Assembly: GCF_009914755.1 (NCBI RefSeq)
Contig: NC_060925.1
DNA from: the human T2T-CHM13v2.0 reference genome, Homo sapiens
Length of the DNA stretch: 64,000 nt
Strand: one strand, 5' to 3'
This document shows positions 44,325 to 57,424 of this stretch, piece after piece. The position numbers and the translations under genes are program-made. The notes under the pieces are model-generated. The model saw only the letters and a list, made by a program, of their open reading frames with translations. It did not search any database and was not told the DNA's origin. Position 1 is the first letter of the stretch; each line of letters begins with the position of its first letter.

Positions 44325-45385
44325 AATTAAAAGGGCCAAACATGAGCAAATGTTTGAACAGACATTTCACCAAAGGAGAAATTTGAATGAAAAGCACTGG
44401 TCATTAGGGAAATGCAAATTAAAACCACAGTAAGATTCTCTACTACTCCTACTCATCTTAGAATGGCTGAAGATGTGAGGAACTGTAGCTCTCACACACC
44501 ACTGGTGGGAATGTAAAATGATGCAACCATTTTGGAAAATGGTTTAGCAGTTACAAAGTTAACATATTCCTACTACGTGATCTAGCCATTCCACTCTTAC
44601 AAAAGCATGTATTCATACAAAAATTTGTACAGTAATGTTCATACCAACAAATAAAGCTTTGTAATAGTCCAGCACTGGAAACAACCGAGATATCTTTCAA
44701 GAGTGAATAGATCAACTCTTGGTGTATCAAGAGAACAAAATACTACTAAGCAGTAAAAGGGAATGAACCATAATATAAGGTACAACATGGATTAATCACA
44801 CAAAATAATTATGCTGAGTGACAGAAGCCATTAATTCTTCCAGGCAACTTGCAGTCTTTTGTGGAAAAGTGGGCTCAGGCCAGCTGATAGGTAGATTCCC
44901 CCTAAAGGCTTTTGTTCCTGGCCTTCTGAGATGCTTTGTTTCACCTGACTTTGCCATGTTCCTGGTGGACTTTCAGAAACATGAGGCCAGATATCCCTGC
45001 CCAGCTTTTATAGAAATGGAATGTCTGGATCACAGGGTAGATGTAAGTTTTAAGAAACTGCCAAACTGTTTTCCAAAGTCACTGTACCAGAAACGAATGC
45101 AAACTTTCTTGAATAAAAAATAGTTCCATTATTTAAATTCTTGCAAAAGCAAACTAATATATAGTGACAAAAAGCAGATCAGTAGTTGCCTGGAATCATG
45201 AAATGGGCACAACAAGGGCCAGGAAAGTAGGATCAAAAAGGGGCACAAGGAAAGATTTGGGTATGTTTATCTTGATTGTGGTAATAACTTCACTGATCTA
45301 TGCTATGTCAAAACTTTCCAAATCAGACATCTTAAATATGTACAGTTTATTGAAAGCTATTAGCTCAATAATGCTTTTTAAAAAC
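44325..45385 (+). mobile_element. L1MB/L1MC-type 3' fragment interrupted by an inverted templated insertion
   Basis: cagacatttcaccaaag, cattagggaaatgcaaattaaaaccac, ataattatgctgagtg and gcaaactaatatatagtgac...agcagatcagt. Confidence 0.8.
44828..45089 (-). repeat. Left arm of a ~260-bp inverted duplication (copy of 47150-47406)
   Basis: Manual alignment gives about 18 differences over about 246 bp. Confidence 0.95.
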
Positions 45386-45397
45386 AGAAAAAAGATC

Positions 45398-46755
45398 GAT
45401 TTTGTATCTGGAGACTTTACTGAAGTTGCTTATACACCTAAGGAATTTTAAGGCTGAGATGATGGGGTTTTCTAAATATACAATTATGTCATCTGCAAAC
45501 CGAGATAATTTGACTTCCTCTCTTCTTATTTGAATACCCTTTATTTCTTTCTCTTGCCTGATTGCCCTGGCCAGAACTTCCAATAGTATGTTGAATAGGA
45601 GTGGTGAGAGAGGGCATCCTTGTCTTGTGCCGGTTTTCAAAGGGAATGCTTCCAGCTTTTGCCCACTCACTATGATATTGGCTGCGGGTTTGTCATAAAT
45701 AGCTCTTCTTGTTTTGAGATATGTTCATTCAATACCTAGTTTATGGATTGTTTTTAGCATGAAGGGGTGTTGAATTTTATTGGAGGCCTTTTCTGCATCT
45801 ATTGAGATAATCATGTGGTTTTTGTCATTGGTTCTGTTTATGTGACGGGTTACACCAATAATAGAGAGTCAAATCATGAGTGAACTCCCATTCACAATTG
45901 CTACAAAGAGAATAAAATACCTAGGTATACAACTTACAGGGGATATGAAGGACCTCTTCAAGGAGAACTACAAACCACTGCTCAAGGAAATAAGAGAGGA
46001 CACAAACAAATGGAAAAACATTCCATGCTCATGGATAGGAAGAATCAATATCGTGAAAATGGCCATACTGCTCAAAATAATTTATAGATTCAATGCTATT
46101 CCCATCAAACTACCATTGACTTTCTTCACACAATTAGAAAAAACTACTTTAAATTTCATATGGAACCAAAAAAGAGCCTGTATAGCCAAGACAATCCTAA
46201 GCCAAAAGAACAAAGCTAGAGGCATCATGCTCCCTGACTTCAAACTCTACTACAAGGCTACAGTAACCAAAACAGTATGGTACTGGTACCAAAACAGATA
46301 TGTAGACCCATGGAACAGAAGAGAGGCCTCAGAAATAACACCACACATCTACAACCATCTGATCATTGACAAACCTGACAAAAACAAGGAATGGGGAAAG
46401 ATTCCCTATTTAATAAATGGTGTTGGGAAAACTGGCTAGCCATATGCAGAAAACTGAAACTGGACCCCTTCCTTACACCTTATACAAAAATTAACTCAAG
46501 ATGGATTAAAGATTTAAACATAAGACCTGAAACCGTAAAAAACCTAGAAGAAAACCTAGGCAGTACCATTCAGGATGTAGGCATGGACAAAGACTTCATG
46601 ACTAAAACACCAAAAGCAATGGCAACAAAAGCCAAAATAGACAAATGGGATCTAATTAAACTAAAGAGCATCTGCACAGTCAAAAAAGCTGTCATCAGAG
46701 TGAACGGGCAACCTACAAATTGGGAGAAAAATTTTGCAGTATCTCCATCTAACAA
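45398..46755 (+). mobile_element. L1PA7/8-like ORF2 fragment with 5' inversion (antisense 45398-45853, sense 45851-46755), 3' end missing
   Basis: ORF-track peptides match ORF2 on both strands; TAC is shared at the inversion junction; no 3' UTR, poly(A) or TSD. Confidence 0.9.
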
Positions 46756-47149
46756 CTGTTCAGAAATCAGTTAGAGAGCCTCTGGCCTTAGTGTCTTTGG
46801 GCTCTAACCACAGAAAAGCCACCCTTCAGACCATGCTACGTTTTTAGAGCTGTGTTCTCTGGGTGATGTCTATAACAGCACTTTACAGCTTCCTCAGAAC
46901 ACCAAAGAAAACGTTCCCCAGAGGCAAAGGGTGTGGCCTGGGCCTGGGGGGCCCATGTTTCATCCAGGACCATGAGGCACTGCACAGTGTTTGTTTGTTA
47001 GAGGAGCAGAGGATGCTCAAAATCATTAGTCGTTAGGGAAATGCAAGTGAAAGACACAGTGAGATCCACTCCACACTTACTAGAATGGCTGAAGTTGTGG
47101 TGATAATGTGGGGAACTGGAACTCACATGCCACTGGCAGGAATGTCAAA

Positions 47150-47406
47150 TGATGCAACGACTTTGGAAAACATTTTAGCAGTTTCATAAAACCTACTCTA
47201 CCCTGTGATCCAGACATTCCATTTCTATAAAAGCCAGGCAGGGATATCTGGCCCCATGTTTCTGGAAACCCACTAGGAACACGGCAAAGTCAGGTGAAAC
47301 AAGGCATCTCAGAAGGTCAGGAACAAAAGCCTTTAGGGGGAATCTATCTATCAGATGGCCTGAGCCCAGTTTTCCACAAAAGACTGCAAGTTGCCTGGAA
47401 GAATGG
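47150..47406 (+). repeat. Right arm (probable source) of the inverted duplication
   Basis: Reverse complement of 44828-45089; contains an L1M-to-unique-sequence junction near 47234. Confidence 0.95.
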
Positions 47407-47743
47407 TGTAAGTTCTTCCTCTAGAAGTAGAGGACGAAAATGGTGCAGCTGTGTTTTAGCTCCCTCCTGATTGGCAGCATGGGTTCTTCTCCCAAGGGTA
47501 CAAGGGAATGGGGTGGGATGGGGGTGGTATATGGGAGTGGAAAGTTCTGGAGGACTGCCTTGATTAGCAGCAATGACAATAACAGCTAATATTTATTATA
47601 TGTTTATCATGGTCTATTTGGATTTTTTTAACCCTCATAATAACCTTATACAGTTGTCAGAATTATCTTACCAATTTATGGGGACTGAAACTGAGGCTCA
47701 GAGAGACAAGTGACTTATCCAAGGCTGTCTAGCTAGTAAGTCC

Positions 47744-48040
47744 TTTCTTTTTTTTTAAGACAGAGTCTTGTCGCACTCTTGCTCAGGCTGGGGTGCAGGT
47801 GCGCCATCTCGGCTCACTGCAAGCTCTGCCTCCCGGGTTCACGCCAGTCTCCTGCCTCAGCCTCCTGAGTAGCTGGGACTATAGGCACCCGCCACCATGC
47901 CCGGCTAATTTTTTGTATTTTTAGTAGAGACGGGGTTTCACCGCGTTAGCCAGGATGGTCTCGATCTCCTGACATTGTGATCCACCCGCCTAAGCCTCCC
48001 AAAGTGCTGGGATTACAGGCGTGAGCCACCGCGCCTGGCC
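47744..48040 (-). mobile_element. AluY SINE inserted into a MIR (about 47575-48100)
   Basis: AluY diagnostics; TSD gtaagtc at 47736-47742 and 48041-48047. Confidence 0.92.
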
Positions 48041-50422
48041 GTAAGTCTTACAGATAGGTTTGCCACTCAGGCAGTTGGATTCCAGAGCTCAGACTCTCAA
48101 CAATAAGCAGAATGATGAGACACAGGCTGTGGGATGGGTTGACCATAAACACACGTGTTTTGTGGGAATGAGGTAGAGTGATTACACAGCAGATCTTTCC
48201 CAGAGCCTGATGAGAACTGCACAGTTAAGGCTGGATCACAGCTAGACCGCAGTGCTTTCATTTTCCCTTTTTCCCAGTCTTCCAAATCACTTCCTTTCAA
48301 GAAGCCACCAGCCTAATGATAACAATAAAAATAAACAACATCACTTGTCACCATCATCCCCTGGGAAGAGAGTATTTATGAGACTCCCTATTTAATCTTC
48401 CCCTGTTCCCTGCTGCGCTGTGGTCAAGTACCAAATTTGGCAATGTGAAGACATGCGGCTGACTTCCCAACTCATGAAGATGTTTTTCTATTTGTTTGGA
48501 GAGCATGATGAAAACCACATTGATTTTTTTTTTCCTTTTCCTATTTACCACACATCTGTTGTGTGGGTGATTCTGATATTGTGGCTGCTGAGGGTTACCT
48601 GGCAGTAACCCTCAGTAAGAGGAGAGGGTTTGTCCTTTTCCAGAAGTTTGGTGTGGATGAAATAGATGATGAGGCAGTCATGGTGGAGCCCTAACCAAGC
48701 ATTGGGTCCCGTGCCAAGTGCCTGCATGCATGAGCTCATTTAGTTCTACATACATTTAGTTCAGAGGCTTTAGTATTTATGCCTTGTTTTTCTCTTAGTT
48801 TTTCATCCTCTTCTCCTATTCTGTTTGTGTGTTCCAAATGTCTGTTTTTTCATACATTACATTTTTATATCTTTTGAAAGTACTCTTAAGAGCTGTCAGA
48901 AGTTTGAGGTAGTTTCTACTCTTTCACTTAACCAATGGTTAGAGCCCCAGGAGAAATAACAGTGAGATCAAAGAACTCAGAAGAACCAATGGGAAGCTTT
49001 TTGAGCAATCAGCACTGAAGGAATGAAATTGAAAGTCCCTACGTAATTAACCATCAGTGGCTCCCTACTGCCAATAGAAAAAAAAAAGTTCAGATGAGAC
49101 AATGAGTGGACCTTCTGGCTGTGTTCTTATGGGTTTGGGATATATTGCATTAGAATAAAACCGAAGTCTTAAATCCTAAATGAAAGTTACTGTCAGTTAT
49201 ACTGACAGTGATACTGTCATGTATGTTGTAAATCTTTTTGTTGAAAGATAATTTACATACCATGAAATTTATCCCCTTGTATTTTTAAAACATCTAGAGA
49301 ACTGAGTATAGTGATGTTTGAGAAAGAGGAGACTTACTGCCCATTTTTTAGGTTACATTATGGGATGATACTAGTGTGTGGTCTTTATTACTTAGGGAGA
49401 TAACAGAAGGATATCATACAATAGTACATTGCCATTTACTTGTATGTACCTGACACATAATAGGTGTCCGTTAAATAATAGATATATACATGAGCATAAG
49501 GACAGACAGAAAAATACCAGTTAGCAACTGTAAAGGTTTGTTGGAGAAGAAATCGTGCCATACCTATTTGATTTCTGTTCTCTGATGGAGTGAAAGGCTG
49601 GGCAGAGAAAGGGAGATACAGCATATAAACCACCAAGTTATTGGTCAGGCCTTAGGTTCTTTCCTTGATTAACTGACCCTTCCCACATGCCACAGCAGCA
49701 TTGGTTAAGTCAGTCACACAATTTTATCTGTGCACAACCGAGTTGTCCACTGAATTATACCTCAAAGCAGGCCAAAAATATATATATATATGTAAAACTG
49801 ATTGAAAAGCATTAAGAACAACTAATTGCCAATTTGTATTTGGGCTGTTTAGTTGATCGTTGTAGCCTTGTGTGGCACCAGGCAAAGACTAAGCCACAAT
49901 TCTGTTGGTTGAGGAAATATTTAACTGGAAGATGCTTTTGAATGAATGATCAGCTACCCAGGTACTATTTGACATACAGCAGTCTTGGGGCTTCCATGAC
50001 TTATTCTCCTATCATCTGTTTGCATGATAAAATTACAGGTTTCCATGTAATCTTTAGCAGATGTATTTGCTATGATCTTGGAAGACAGGGCATAGCTTCT
50101 CTGGAATTAAGGGAATGGCCCAGGAAAAAGAAGAGGTGCCCACAGATAAAATGGTCAGTTATTTTTATATATGTGTGCATTCTTCTGTGGTGTGCAGAAC
50201 ACCAAATTGCTTGGACCTGTTTATTCCCACAGACTCACAGTCAAACTGGTCCTGAATATTAAATCTGATGGTTTCATTCTCCTGATAAAAATCCTTTGTC
50301 GATAAAAAATCCTTTGTCAAGTCTCCTGAATGCTAGCTAGGCATACGAGATCCAGCATTATTGCCCCTGTCTACCTCTGATACCATTCCGTGCTATCCCT
50401 CACCATTCATCCTGTGTTCTAG

Positions 50423-50737
50423 CAGGTGCATCTGCACACGCTTGTTTGAATTCTATGGAACCAGAGATGTTTGAGCATAGAGAATGACCAGATTTTAGGC
50501 AGTTAATACTGTATATATACAATATAATGCATAACACTGCCAGTGAAGTTTGGAGCAGCACCTGTAATCGTGCATACTAATATCTCTACAGTAAAACATA
50601 TGAATATTCACACCAAACAGGTTAAGTCAGCTTTAAATGGCTTGATCCATTCAGATCAGATTTTACCATCAAATGAATTGTGAAAAGACTTTTGGTATTT
50701 GAAATGCTTTGGGTTGAAGAAGTGTGGTAGACCTGTA
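50423..50737. mobile_element. Ancient TcMar-Tigger-type non-autonomous DNA transposon
   Basis: caggt...acctgta termini; aaaacatatgaatattcacac and cagattttaccatcaaatga resemble Tigger/MamRep consensus sequences. Confidence 0.6.
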
Positions 50738-52518
50738 CTTGCTTTTCTTGAAAAGAGCCTGTGCTCTCTTATTCATCTGGCCTTTGGGCATGTTGTTTTC
50801 CCTGCCTGGAATGGCCACATCTCCCTCTGCCTGTTGAGTAGCATCATTACTAGAATCATCATTGCATATACTGAGGATTTACTATGTTGTTACTCCCAGC
50901 AAATTCTATGGTCGGGGGGGCGGGGGGGGGTGTTCTTATTGTATTACATCCCCCCAGTGTTTAGATGAGGAAACTGAAGCTTGGAGAGGTCACAGAGCTA
51001 GGAAGAGGTAGAGCTGAGGTTGAACCAAAAAGTATGGAGACAACAAACCTTGGGTTCTTAGTTACTACACTGTCCGTGTGTGCGTCTTCCCCAAAGGTCC
51101 AGTTCAGGTGTCACCTTCCTAAGGCCCTCTTCCCTTCCTCCACCACGTTTAATAGATTATGACTCCTCTGGGCCTTCACAGCTGTTTATGCATAGCTGTG
51201 GTGCACTGCTTCTCATTCTCTGTCTTTCCCATGAGCCTAAACTCCTTGAGTAGTTGGGGAAAAATGTCTACTTCAGTGTTCTATCTCTAGGGCATACAGT
51301 AGGTAGTCAACACATAGTTTATAATTAAGTTAGTTTAAAGTGATACGGTAACAGATAACAATTTGTATCATCATTAAAATAAATAGTAAACACCAAATCA
51401 CAAGTTCAAGGATATAAAATTTGGATTTACAAAAGAAAAAAATACTCAGAAAAAAAAAGGCTGCTCATTTTTATGCATGGTATGTAAAGAAGAGGAATTT
51501 GGGGACAACAGTTCAAGAATGGGCAAGGAACACATTTATACTTAAAAATTATGACAGCTAGGATTTATTAAATACTTCACATGTGACAGTTTCTCTGCTA
51601 GGCATTCTGTGTATAAACTTTCTAATCCTCACAACAAATATGTAAGGCTAATTGTCGAATCCCTGAATGGACAAAAATTATAGCTATATAAGAAAGAGAA
51701 AGATATGGTAACCATGTCTTAGATCAGAATAAAAAGAACAAAAGGTAATGATCCTAATATATTCAGATTTAACATAAATTAAGCATCATTAGAGGACAGT
51801 CACATAAAATTGCACAATAGAATATATTTCCACATCTGAGAGATGATGGAATTGAGGTCAAAGAGATTACAGGCTAGTATGTGGTATTTTATACCCATTC
51901 CTTGAATTATGTTAACATGGTACCAGAAGTATATCTTGCTGTCCTCCTCAGAACTGGGTGCAGTTTTGAGCTCTGCTTTTGTAAAAAGCTGTTAGAACCT
52001 GAAAGAACCACATAACACAGCTGTAATATTCAAGAGAAAGTGGGTCCCACGAACAAAGATTGAGATTGTTCAGAGAAATGGGGTGGTTCTGATTGCTTAA
52101 TAGAAACCTCACAGGTTGGCTCTATTATTTTCTTGTTTATGGAAGTTTTTGTGACCGTAAGAGCTAACTTTTCCTTGGTGCTTTAGAGTTTATTAAACGT
52201 CTTATGGAATTTGATGCTCAGAATAACTAAGTGAATCAGTCAGAGCAGATGTTTTCTTTTTTTCAAATGAGACTCAAAGAAATTAAGTGATTTGTTCAGT
52301 GTCCCACAGCTAATAAATGATAGGGCCAAGACTCAGATATGTATCTGAGCAGACCCCTGAGCCATGTCCACTGCAATCTTGCAATCCTTGGTTCATCTTC
52401 ATTTACTCAAATTGAAGGATCCTGCGGCTGGTGAATGTCTGGTTCATTGCAGAAGAGTTCCTGGTTCCTTGTCTCTAATTTCCATTGTGACTGTGAATTC
52501 TCCATTGAGCTGCAAGCC

Positions 52519-52697
52519 AGTGACTGTCAATTAATGTGCACAAAATATACCTGGGTAACTGTTTTAAAAATGCAATTCCTCAGGCCCCTCTCCCACAGGG
52601 TCTGATTCTCTAAGTCTTGCTGGAAGGGATATATGAGAATCTGTAATTTTAACATGTGCCCAGGTGATTCTAATGGAAAACTTTCAAAAAAACTGCT
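52519..52697. mobile_element. MER5-like DNA transposon
   Basis: aaaaatgcaattcctcaggcccc...ttttaacatgtgcccaggtgattctaatg. Confidence 0.7.
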
Positions 52698-53929
52698 TTA
52701 AGCTCTTTCAGAGTAGCAATTATATCTTTACTTCATTGTTTCCGTAGTGCCTAGCAGAGCACCTTGTACATAGACAGTACTCTAAATTTACACTTGATGA
52801 ATATAAGAGTGAAGTAAATAAATGTAAAATTAATGTAAAATGAAGGAAAACAAGTTTGAGAATCAGTCAGTTCCTGCCAGATTTGGAGCACACTGAGGAA
52901 TCCCTTTATCTCCATCCTTTCAAATAAAATATCTCTTGGTAGGTCTGGGTAAGACATACTGAGAAGTCATGACTTGGACAAAGTACCTGGTAGAATCTGC
53001 CAACAATTAGAGATTGTGGAATTCTTATTTTCTCATGGAAAGCAGGATGGAGTGAAACAGTGAGAGATCCTGTTTGTAGTTCTGTGCAGACAAACCCAGA
53101 AACCAGAACGCAGACACACCAGGACGCAACAGGAAACCACAAAGGCCTGAGATCTTTCAATGTAAATAGGAAGTCAGAGTTTACTTCCGAACCCACAGTG
53201 CCAAGCTGAAGTGCAGTGTTTAATCCAGCTCTCTACCCAGCCCTTCCTTGAGCCTGGGCACAGATGAAAGATGATGATGCCACCTGGGTAAAAGCATTCA
53301 AAAATGTTTGTTCTGATCAGGTCTTGGAGTGAGCTTCTTTTGTTTGTGCTAGTGAATAATTTGGGACACAGGTGCACTTTGCATTTGAAAGCGTTAATTG
53401 GTCTCCTTGGTTTTCCCTGCCATGATATTTGAAGCCACATCTTCCTCCACAAAGTAATTTTAATCCATATACATTCAAAAAGCACTTGTCATGGACAGCC
53501 GTCTTTCATATACCCCATCTGTGGACCCCTGGGTCCAGGTGCAGAGTAGTGGAACATTGGTGATGCTTAATATGTACTCTGTGTTCATTGCATTGACATC
53601 TGTAATCTCATTTGATTACTACTATTACACTGGGAAATAATTAATAGGATACGATCATCACCATTTTGAAATAAGGAAAATGTAGTCTGGTAGAAAACAC
53701 ATGGATGTTAAAGTTAGGCAGATCTGTGTTCATGTCCAAAAGACTTAAGCTTTCTTACCAGACTGCTTTATTTTATGTAGCCAGTTGTTTAGAGCATTCA
53801 CTCTGTGCCAGGTACTGGAGAGAAAATGGTGAGCAGTAGACCTAGACTGTACAGTGTAGTGGAGGAGATGAATACTCAGCAAACAATTACAAAAATGTAT
53901 AATTACAGACCTTGATAAGTGCTTTGCTT

Positions 53930-54600
53930 TCATACCCTGCTGGGGGAAGTATAAATTGGGCAGTCACTTTGGAAAACAGTGAGGCATTGTCTGATCAATT
54001 TGACTGTGCACATGCCCTGTACTCTACCAATTCCATTCCTAGGTAGGAAGCTGGAGAAACAATTGTACTTGTGTACCAGTAAGTGCCCAGAGACAAGTAA
54101 GTACAAGAGTATTCATAGCATTATTTTTTATAATAGCTACAAATTTGAATCAACTCAAATTTCATCAATAATAGCATGAATAACTAAGTTGTATTATATT
54201 CATACAGTGGTAGACATACTTAAAATGTAGGAACTACAGCTACATATGACAACATAGATGGATCAAACAATTTTAAGTGGAAGAAACAAGACATGAAAGA
54301 GATACATACAGAATTATTTCATTCATAGAAAATTCAAAAAGAAGCAAAAAAGACAATGTCTTTTAAAAAATGCCTACAAAAGCACTAAGCTTAGAAAAGA
54401 CAAGCAAGGGAATAATTACCACAAATATCAGGACACTGGTGAATTAGATGGCTTGGAATTGCAGGTTGTTGAGGTTAAAAGATGCTTTCAGGAAGAGCTT
54501 GAGGGAACTAGCATTTGCTTCTGAAGGATACATGAGTACTTAACAGTTTTTTTAATGTTCACATAAGTTTTATACACTCCTCTGTATGTATGATATGTAA
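53930..54600 (+). mobile_element. L1ME-type 3' fragment
   Basis: aagtataaattgg...cactttggaaaacag...caattccattcctagg. Confidence 0.7.
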
Positions 54601-55190
54601 GTGCTAGAAAGCAGAGAAGCTATCAGAACATAGAGCCAAGTGCCATATAATTTGGGTGGTCTAGAAGGCAAGGCAGTGATGTTTGAGCTGGGAGATTTTG
54701 ATTAGGTAACTAAGCAGAGAGCCTGACGGGGAGGGAGTAGGGTTGTGCATGGCAGTGGTCAAGAGAAAAAATTTGTTCAGAAAGAGAGTACAGAAGAATA
54801 AGCAGAAGGAAATTGGCAGCTTTGGTGTGGGGCAAGAGAGAAGAATGCTACAAGTAAAGGCTGGAGAAGCAAAAAGGGGTAGCATATGCTGGGCTTGTAA
54901 GCCTTCTGAGGGATTTTAGTCTTTTATGTAAGAGAAACTGAAAGGTTTTAAGCACAGTGGATAAGATAATTGAATTACAAAGGATGGAAATAATTCCAGT
55001 TTGGAGAACAAATTGGCAAGAGACCTGAGTGGTACTAGGATACTAGGAAACCAGAAGAAGACTGGGAGTCTGTGTGAGAGATGATATCATACTAACTTGT
55101 CTCAGATTATGGTGGGGGAGATGAGATGTCGATATATTGGAAAGATGTTTAGAAGATAAAATCAGCAGCACTTCCTTGGTGTGAAAACTG
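54600..55190 (-). mobile_element. L2 fragment
   Basis: gggcttgtaagcc...gaaaggttttaagca...gataaaatcagcagcact. Confidence 0.6.
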
Positions 55191-55429
55191 TTGAGGCTGC
55201 AGGGCAAACACAATAGAGGCTTATTAGGTATCTCACCCAAACTCCTAAGATGAGCTGCTCCCCAGTGAGTAGAGATATCTGGAGAGAGAGCAGTAGTCGT
55301 TCAGGCATTCCTTGGACAGACTGGATTCACTAGAGAGAAACATTTTTGGTTTGCACTGTCAGCTTTGTTTTTAGGTTGTTTTAAATATTTTACCCTTGTC
55401 TCTTATGAAAGGTCTTCTCAAGAAGTAGC

Positions 55430-56095
55430 CATGTGGACACGATATTGCTTTGGTAGTAATTCTGCCAAAAATGCCTGACTTGAATCTGATCATGAGGAAA
55501 TATCAGAAACCCAAATTGAGGGAGATTCTATAAAATAACTTGCCTCTAGTCTTCAAAAATGCCAAGGTCATAAAAGAAAAACTACAGGAAGATCAAAGGA
55601 GACGAAAGAGACATGATATCTGAAGGACATGTGTGATGCTGAATTGAATTGGAGAAACTTTTTTAAAAGTTTTATTGTAAAGGACATTTAGTGGATAATA
55701 GATGACATTCTAATAAGATCAGTAGATTAGATAATAGAATTGTATCTATGTATACTTCCTGATAATTGTATTATGGATATATAAGAGAATATCCTTGTTA
55801 TTATAAAATACACACTGAATTATTGAATATTTTGGAGTAAAAGGACATTATGTCTGCCACTTTCAAATGGTTCAGAAAAACTACATACATATACACATAT
55901 GTGTGTGTGTATATATATGTTCATATATATACACACATGTATGTTCATATATATATGTTTATGAACAATATGTGAACAATATGTTTATGTAAAACATTGG
56001 GAAAATCTAGGTGAATATTATACAATAATTCTTTGTTCTATTTTTACAACTATTTCATAAGTGTTAAATCATTTGTAATAAAACATTTTAAAAGT
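55430..56095 (+). mobile_element. L1MC4/5-type 3' fragment with internal (TA/CA/TG)n at about 55882-55965
   Basis: tgaatctgatcatgaggaaatatcagaaacccaaattgaggg motif. Confidence 0.7.
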
Positions 56096-56499
56096 GTTTT
56101 TTAATAGAAGGAAGTAGTCATGTGAAGGCCATGCTTATATTTGGCATAACCATGAGTTAATATACCACTCATTGTGCCCCATATAAAATCCCACTTGAGA
56201 ATTTATTTTAGAATTTACCATTTGGAAAAGTGTTGTTCAATCTCAAATGGTGTATTTTCATCTTTCCAGTAATAAAAGCTATATAATGGATTACATTTTT
56301 CTTCTGGCCCTGGAAGCCAAGGAAACTCAGAGTTAAAAATTTAACACTCAAGCTAAACTGTTGAGCCTTCTACTACATAGCATATTTCCATTCTTCTTTT
56401 TGCTGTAATTGTCTTGCATTACTGTTTCTAGTCACTCTGTACTATATTATCTGTGTATGTATGTTTGTGGGAGTGGTAGATAAAATATCTCAAACTCTT

Positions 56500-57002
56500 T
56501 GTATTAGTTTCCTATGGCTGCTATTGTAGCAAGTTGCCATACACTTGGTGGCTTAAAACAACACACATATATTTTCTTATGGTTCTCGAGACTAGAAGTT
56601 CAAAACCAGTTTCACTCAGCCAAGATCAAGTGTCAACAGGGCCGTACTCCCTCTGGAGGTTCCAGGGGAAAACCTGTTCCTTGCTTCTTCCAGCATCTGG
56701 TGGCTGCTGGCATTCCTTGGCTTGTGGCCACATCATTCCAGCCTTGCCTTCTGTGGTTTCATTGCCTCCTCCTCATCTGTGGTCACATCTGCCTCTCCCT
56801 GTCTCTTACAAGAACAGTTATGATTGCATTTAGGCCAACTCAAATAATCCAAGATTGTCTCCTCATGTCAGGATCCTTAATCACATTTGTGGGTCCTTTT
56901 TTTTTCTTTCTTTTTTATTTTTTTGCCATATGAGTAACATTCATAGGTTCCAGGGATTTGAACATGGTGATCTTTTCAGGAGCCATTATTCAGCCTACCA
57001 TA
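56500..57002 (-). mobile_element. MLT1 (MLT1B/C-like, MaLR) solo LTR
   Basis: tgtattagtttcctatggctgct...cattattcagcctacca; 5-bp flanks ctctt/ccctt. Confidence 0.88.
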
Positions 57003-57424
57003 CCCTTTATGGAAAGAAGTGACATTTAAATGTGTTTTTTAAGGTACATAAAAATAAAGTATTAATTTATTTGGAAAATATAAAGTACTTCTGCACTCTG
57101 TGTATAGTGAAGGAACAAAGATAAAAGAAATCAAATTTCTGTTTAGTGATTTTTCATTGCTTTTATGAATTACATTGAATTTTCTATTATATTTCCTATT
57201 TGGTTATTTCTGGAATAGAGAAATATATTTGACTTTTTTTAGAAAGTAAATTATTTGTTAATATGAATGAATAATACCTGTGAGATTTCCAATGAAAAGA
57301 AGCAAAGTTTTATACATCAAATTTGCTTCCAAATGCTAATATACTAAAATCAGTGCTAGTTATGTTTAATATAGGTTGCTGAGAAAAATAGTTATCTTTT
57401 ATGGTTTTTAAAAAGTGTATGTTA

